DNA from: Guillardia theta CCMP2712
Lineage: Eukaryota > Protista > Cryptophyta
Direction: 5' to 3'
Length of the DNA stretch: 64,000 nt
Assembly (NCBI RefSeq): GCF_000315625.1
Contig: NW_005434591.1
Coordinates: forward strand, 59,895 to 123,894
In this document: positions 59,575 through 64,000 of the stretch, in pieces
Layout: each line of letters opens with the position of its first letter
How positions within the stretch are numbered: the stretch's first letter is position 1
Translations under genes and position numbers: made by a program
The notes under the pieces: model-generated
Told to the model about the DNA's origin: nothing
The model's input: only the letters and a program-made list of their open reading frames with translations
Database searches by the model: none

Positions 59575-60979
59575 ATGACCAGTCAATCCGAGCCAGAGCT
59601 GTTCCGTGAGATTTGCAGTAGAGCAAAACGAATCGAGCAGCTCTATGTCTTCCTGCCTGTTTGTTGGCGAAAGTCCAAGTTCATGATATTCGATCTCAAG
59701 AATGCCGCGCAGTACAACGGAACAGAGTGCATAGCAAAGGGAGTAGACCCCGGATCAGGGAGGATCATGACAAGGCTTCTCAACCAAGATCAGAATGAGT
59801 TGCTGATCAAGCACGAGAACCTTCAACTTGTGAACCTGAACCTCGACGAGAAGAGCGAGCCGGTCCTTTGTAAGGCCAAGGAAAGGCTGAGCGTGTCCTC
59901 GTCAACTTCCGTGCCCATGACCAGGGAAGGGCTGGCCAGCTCGATTGTGAACCTGACGCAAGGTCTGCTGGACGTAACCTTTGCGATTGAGAACAACATG
60001 GTGGATGACGACTTCTCGAACAAATCGCTCTTCAGGGAGGTGAGACGAACTACGGAGCAGCGTGCCGCCTCTGATGCATCTGCAGATCCTGAGCACCCTC
60101 AAAGGGGTCGAGGACCTGTGCTTAAAATACTGCGCTTGCTTCGGGGACAAGCCCTCCAACGGTATGCAAGACGAGGAGCAGCACGAGCAACTGCAACATG
60201 CTGAATGCCGTGCTGGTGTGCAGGGACGGAGGCCATGAAGGAGGTTCTAGGGGATGGCATGGCAGAGTGCGTTCACTGGAGGAGGGGAGCTCTAGCGTAT
60301 ATGTTCACGGCGGTGGAGGCAAACTTTCAGCACGAGCTGGAACTTTCCTTGATCGAAGAAGGCCTCGAACAGGTGTGTCGTCCTCCCCACGTTCGAACTA
60401 GGAGCTCAGCACTTGCTTCGCGCACAGTTCGAGAGCATGCTCGGGACCCGAGGAAAGAAATACCAGGAGGATGCCGATGACTGTGAAGGCAACGAGGATG
60501 TTCGAGAGATGCTGAAGAACAGTGCGGGGCCTTGAAACTACCCGTGTTTGTTGTCGGCCGTAACTTCTTGCAGGTATCCTAAGTGATACTCACCTGCTAT
60601 CTGTCGTCTACTCGGGTAATCCCTTTCATCTCCATTCCATGTGTCAGATTGAGAAGTGACTTGCTGCACAAAAGGGGAGATGTGCTATTGGGCTTGGAAG
60701 GTGATCGTAACCTTGGTGAGGAGCCGTCTTACATGTGCTCTAGGATCAGAACGTTTCTGCTTCAAGCGAGGACGTCAAGACTTCATTCAGGGCCAGGGCA
60801 GTAAGGTATGGATCTGAATATTTGAATATCACTACAAGTAACACCTCGATGTCCGTAGTTTTCTGAAGAAGTATCTCCATATTGTCAGTATCATGACCAA
60901 AGCCGGTCCCAACTCTGTCGGGTCTGGATGGGATACAACAAGAGCAGAATCCTTGATTAGTGAGTTGCAAGGCCAATGA
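59575..60979 (+). CDS. C5orf51/RIMOC1 (UPF0600)-like protein
   Basis: GLLDVTFAIENNMVDDDF, ECVHWRRGALAYMF, GILSDTHLLSVVYS/GEMCYW, WDTTRAESLI match my recollection of the family's conserved blocks. Confidence 0.72.
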
Positions 60980-62160
60980 CGACAACGATGGATGAACAAA
61001 TTCTCCTTCTCTGTTGATCGACGCTCGTCATACTGCATCACAGCGCTCAAAGTTGCCAGATTGCTTCTCAACTAGCTAGTCTGGTTTGAAAAGATTCCTG
61101 TAATCCACTCAGTTCGCTGAAGACATGTTCCCTTCGAACTTCCAGCTGGGCTCAGTTCTTTCATCCTCATAGCAGGATGAGGCCGAAAAGGCGATACAAA
61201 TAAACATCTCATCTTCTTCATCGCAAAATGTACATCTTGTGCCGTACTGGCGTCCCATCATGGCCCTGCCATCTCTCCGACAAATGACCACGACCACCCC
61301 TGTGCCCTACAGTGGCTCTACCCACCCTACCCCTAAGTATCCCAGTGATCTCATATGCATGGTACCCCTTCTTCGTCCTGAACCCAGTTGTGGCTAGCCA
61401 AAGGACCAGACTACCCCCACCCCCTTCAGATCTCGTGATAAATTTCCGTTCACCCACCCTTTCACGCTATGTCCCAACGTACTATTGTGGTACCCCCCAT
61501 ATCCCCCAAATTGTACCCCTGCTCTGATGATGATTACAACTACCCCTGTACTATTCACCCACCAATTGTATATGGCCAGGCCTGTCATCATATCACCACC
61601 CTCCAGGCTGGAGTACCCTTGACAATATTACCCCTAGCATCACAAGTTCGACAAAAACCTTGAATTTTTCACCCCTTCTTTTCATAGTCTAGTACCCCAC
61701 TTTTGAACAAGCTAAAACGTGGTTGACCACTAATTGGCTACCCCCTACCCCCTTTTCAATCAACAAAAACACACCTTGATGATTACTACCCCTCATTCTA
61801 CTACCCCCTACCCCTCAAAGTACGGATCACCACTTCTGTATTTCTCCCCCAGTTAGTCGTGTTTTACCACTTGCTCCTAGCCTGCCTTGTACTACTCTCT
61901 CCCCTCCTCCTCCTGCTCCTCCTTTTCTCCCTCTTCCTCCTCCTTCTTGTCCTTATTCTGATCTGCTTGATCCTTCTTCTTAACCTTTTTGCATACTTCT
62001 TCTTCATTCCTTGCGTATCCATCCCCCCCCGCCCCCCCGCCCGACCCCGCTGTTTTGTGCTATCTTGGTTCACTTGCCCTCTCCTTTCAATCTTCAACCC
62101 TTTGCATTTTTTCTCGCACATCTCGTTGCCCTCCCTCCTCTTGCATCTGTCCTGTAGACG

Positions 62161-63589
62161 ATGAGGCGGCGTTTTTCCAAGTTTTCCATCATTTCGTTCC
62201 TGGCTCTCCAACTCTCTTTCTCGCATGCATTCATTATCCGTCCTCCAACACTCGCAAGGCTCAAACATGCAGCAGCAAGCCATGCCCATCGAAGACACAA
62301 TCTTGATAGAAACTATGGGAGGAAGGTGACAGCGCTGAAGATGGTTGACATGGACGTGGGAATGCTCGGAGTAGCAGTTGCAGGGTCCGTCTCAAGCTCG
62401 GCTGCTGTGCTGGACGCTGTTCCCAAGCTTGTGAACGAGAATCTCGAGAATCTCATCATCGGTGCTCTCGCCGGGATGGTGGCGAGTGCGGTTGTCTTCC
62501 CTATCGACACGGCCAAGACGAGGATACAGGCGGCGGACGGGGGCACGAGGCTCAACACCTTGCAGACCATAAAGAAGATCATCGACGAGGAAGGCTTTCT
62601 CGCGCTGTATAGCGGGCTGGTGCCGGTGATGATCGGTGCGGCCCCGGAGTCTGCAATCCAACTCTCCATGTACGAGTTTGTCTTGTCGACGCTGAAGCAC
62701 GCTCAACACATCGACGGTGTCTCGTCGGTTCCTGTTCACCTCCAGGCCCTGGCAGGGAGCTTCGCCGGCATCGCCACTATCGTCGCGACTAACCCTCTGG
62801 AGGTCCTCAAGATCCGAGCACAGACGAGCAGAGACAAGAAGTCCACCATGGACCACGTCAGAGAGCTGGGGCTCTCCGGGCTTTACACGGGATACCAGGC
62901 CACGTGGTTGAGGGACATCCCCTTCGCAACCATCTACTTCCCCTTGTACTCGAGCGTGAAGTCATGCATGAATGGTGTCTGCACGAGCAGCCTGGCATCT
63001 GCCATGGTCGCGGGTCTGTTCTCCGGCATGATGGCGTCGCTGGTCACGACCCCAGCCGACGTGATCAAGACAACTGTGCAGTCGTTGCCTTCGAAAGTTG
63101 GCTTGGCGGGAGATGCTACGGGGAGAGAGAAGATGGACATCAGGAGCGCTGCTGACCTGGTGCTGCGATCGAAAGGCATGAGCGGTTTCTTCTCTGGGGT
63201 GGAGGCCCGGTTGGGAAGGATGGCTCCTGCCATGTCCATCAGTCTGTGCGTGTTCGAGGGCCTGCGCAGCTTCTTGGGACGAGGGGCGACGCTCAAGATG
63301 GCGCCGGTGGTCCTAGCAAGCGCAGATGACTTCACGCTACAGACACCTGCCAGCGTTGCTGATCATGCCGTGGCAGTACAGGACTTGCAGAACTCTGGGG
63401 TGATACAGGTACGAGACCTTGCCGTTTGGCGCGTGAGGACTGTGACTGACATTTGTTTCCGCTCAGTCTGCGGTGGACTCAGTTAGCTCGATGGCAAGTG
63501 GGCTTTCAAACGTTGATCCTGCGCAAGTCTTGAATACTGCGTGCAATGTTGCGGACCACATTGTGTCTGTTTGCGGCAACCTGCCGTGA
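62161..63589 (+). CDS. Mitochondrial carrier family (SLC25) protein with bipartite plastid-type presequence
   Basis: Three Px[DE]xx[KR] motifs (PIDTAKTRIQ, PLEVLKIRAQ, PADVIKTTVQ), GxxALYxG and RDIPF; leader MRRRFSKFSIISFLALQLSFSHA-FIIRPP; one 3' intron near 63409. Confidence 0.93.
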
Positions 63590-64000
63590 GTTGTACTTCA
63601 GTTTTCTATCTGTGATTGTTTCTGTCTCATGATCTCAATGCTCTTAACCTGATAGTAAATTCCTCTTACATCCCTCGCTTCTGCACTTCTGTCATCTACA
63701 CGTCCTCTCTGATGTGTGTTGCAAGAGAAAGCCTCAAGTGGACAGGAAAAAGCACTCGGATCCTTGCAATGAATAACAATGGGTAGGTGGGGGTCAGCGA
63801 GTAACCGGTGTCTGGTGACTGTTCCATGCAGGACCCCTCATATAAAGGTGTAAAATAGGGGTATCACAAACTATGATGGTATTGGACACTTGGGGGGTAC
63901 ACTAGAATCTGGGGTACTGGGGTGGTCATTAGATTGGAAAAGATGTTGCGGATCAGTGGCGGGATCCATAGAGACAAGGGGAGGAGAAGAAGGAGGAAGC

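Overview
Eukaryotic nuclear DNA, gene-dense, with many short GT-AG introns (about 45-60 nt), microsatellite-filled larger introns and two assembly gaps (30768-31391, 45370-45469). Intron style, codon usage and several signal-peptide + transit-peptide-like leaders point to an alga with a complex red plastid, most plausibly a cryptophyte such as Guillardia theta (inference). About 25 protein-coding loci can be read. Recognisable ones: an ABHD-type alpha/beta hydrolase, two PH-domain paralogs, a patatin phospholipase, a METTL21-type methyltransferase, an RNI-like LRR protein, a TPR protein, RRP6/EXOSC10, a bromodomain locus containing an AK6/Fap7 domain, a CAMK-type kinase, a NEK-type kinase, a bile-acid:Na+ symporter family transporter, an EF-hand protein, a C5orf51/RIMOC1 homolog and a mitochondrial-carrier-family protein with a plastid-type leader. 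The most notable observations: (1) an AK6/Fap7 domain fused to a bromodomain, probably between two bromodomains, and lacking a canonical P-loop; (2) ubiquitin-tail (L)RLRGG motifs directly after signal peptides in two unrelated proteins; (3) a convergent pair of diverged orphan paralogs; (4) a GGG(G)TA motif confined to 5' intergenic regions; (5) a diverged GC-rich palindromic dispersed element; (6) an 18-bp palindromic array inside a tandem-duplication hotspot; (7) two credible microproteins. No rRNA, tRNA, CRISPR array or intact transposase was seen. Exon boundaries were read by eye and are approximate.
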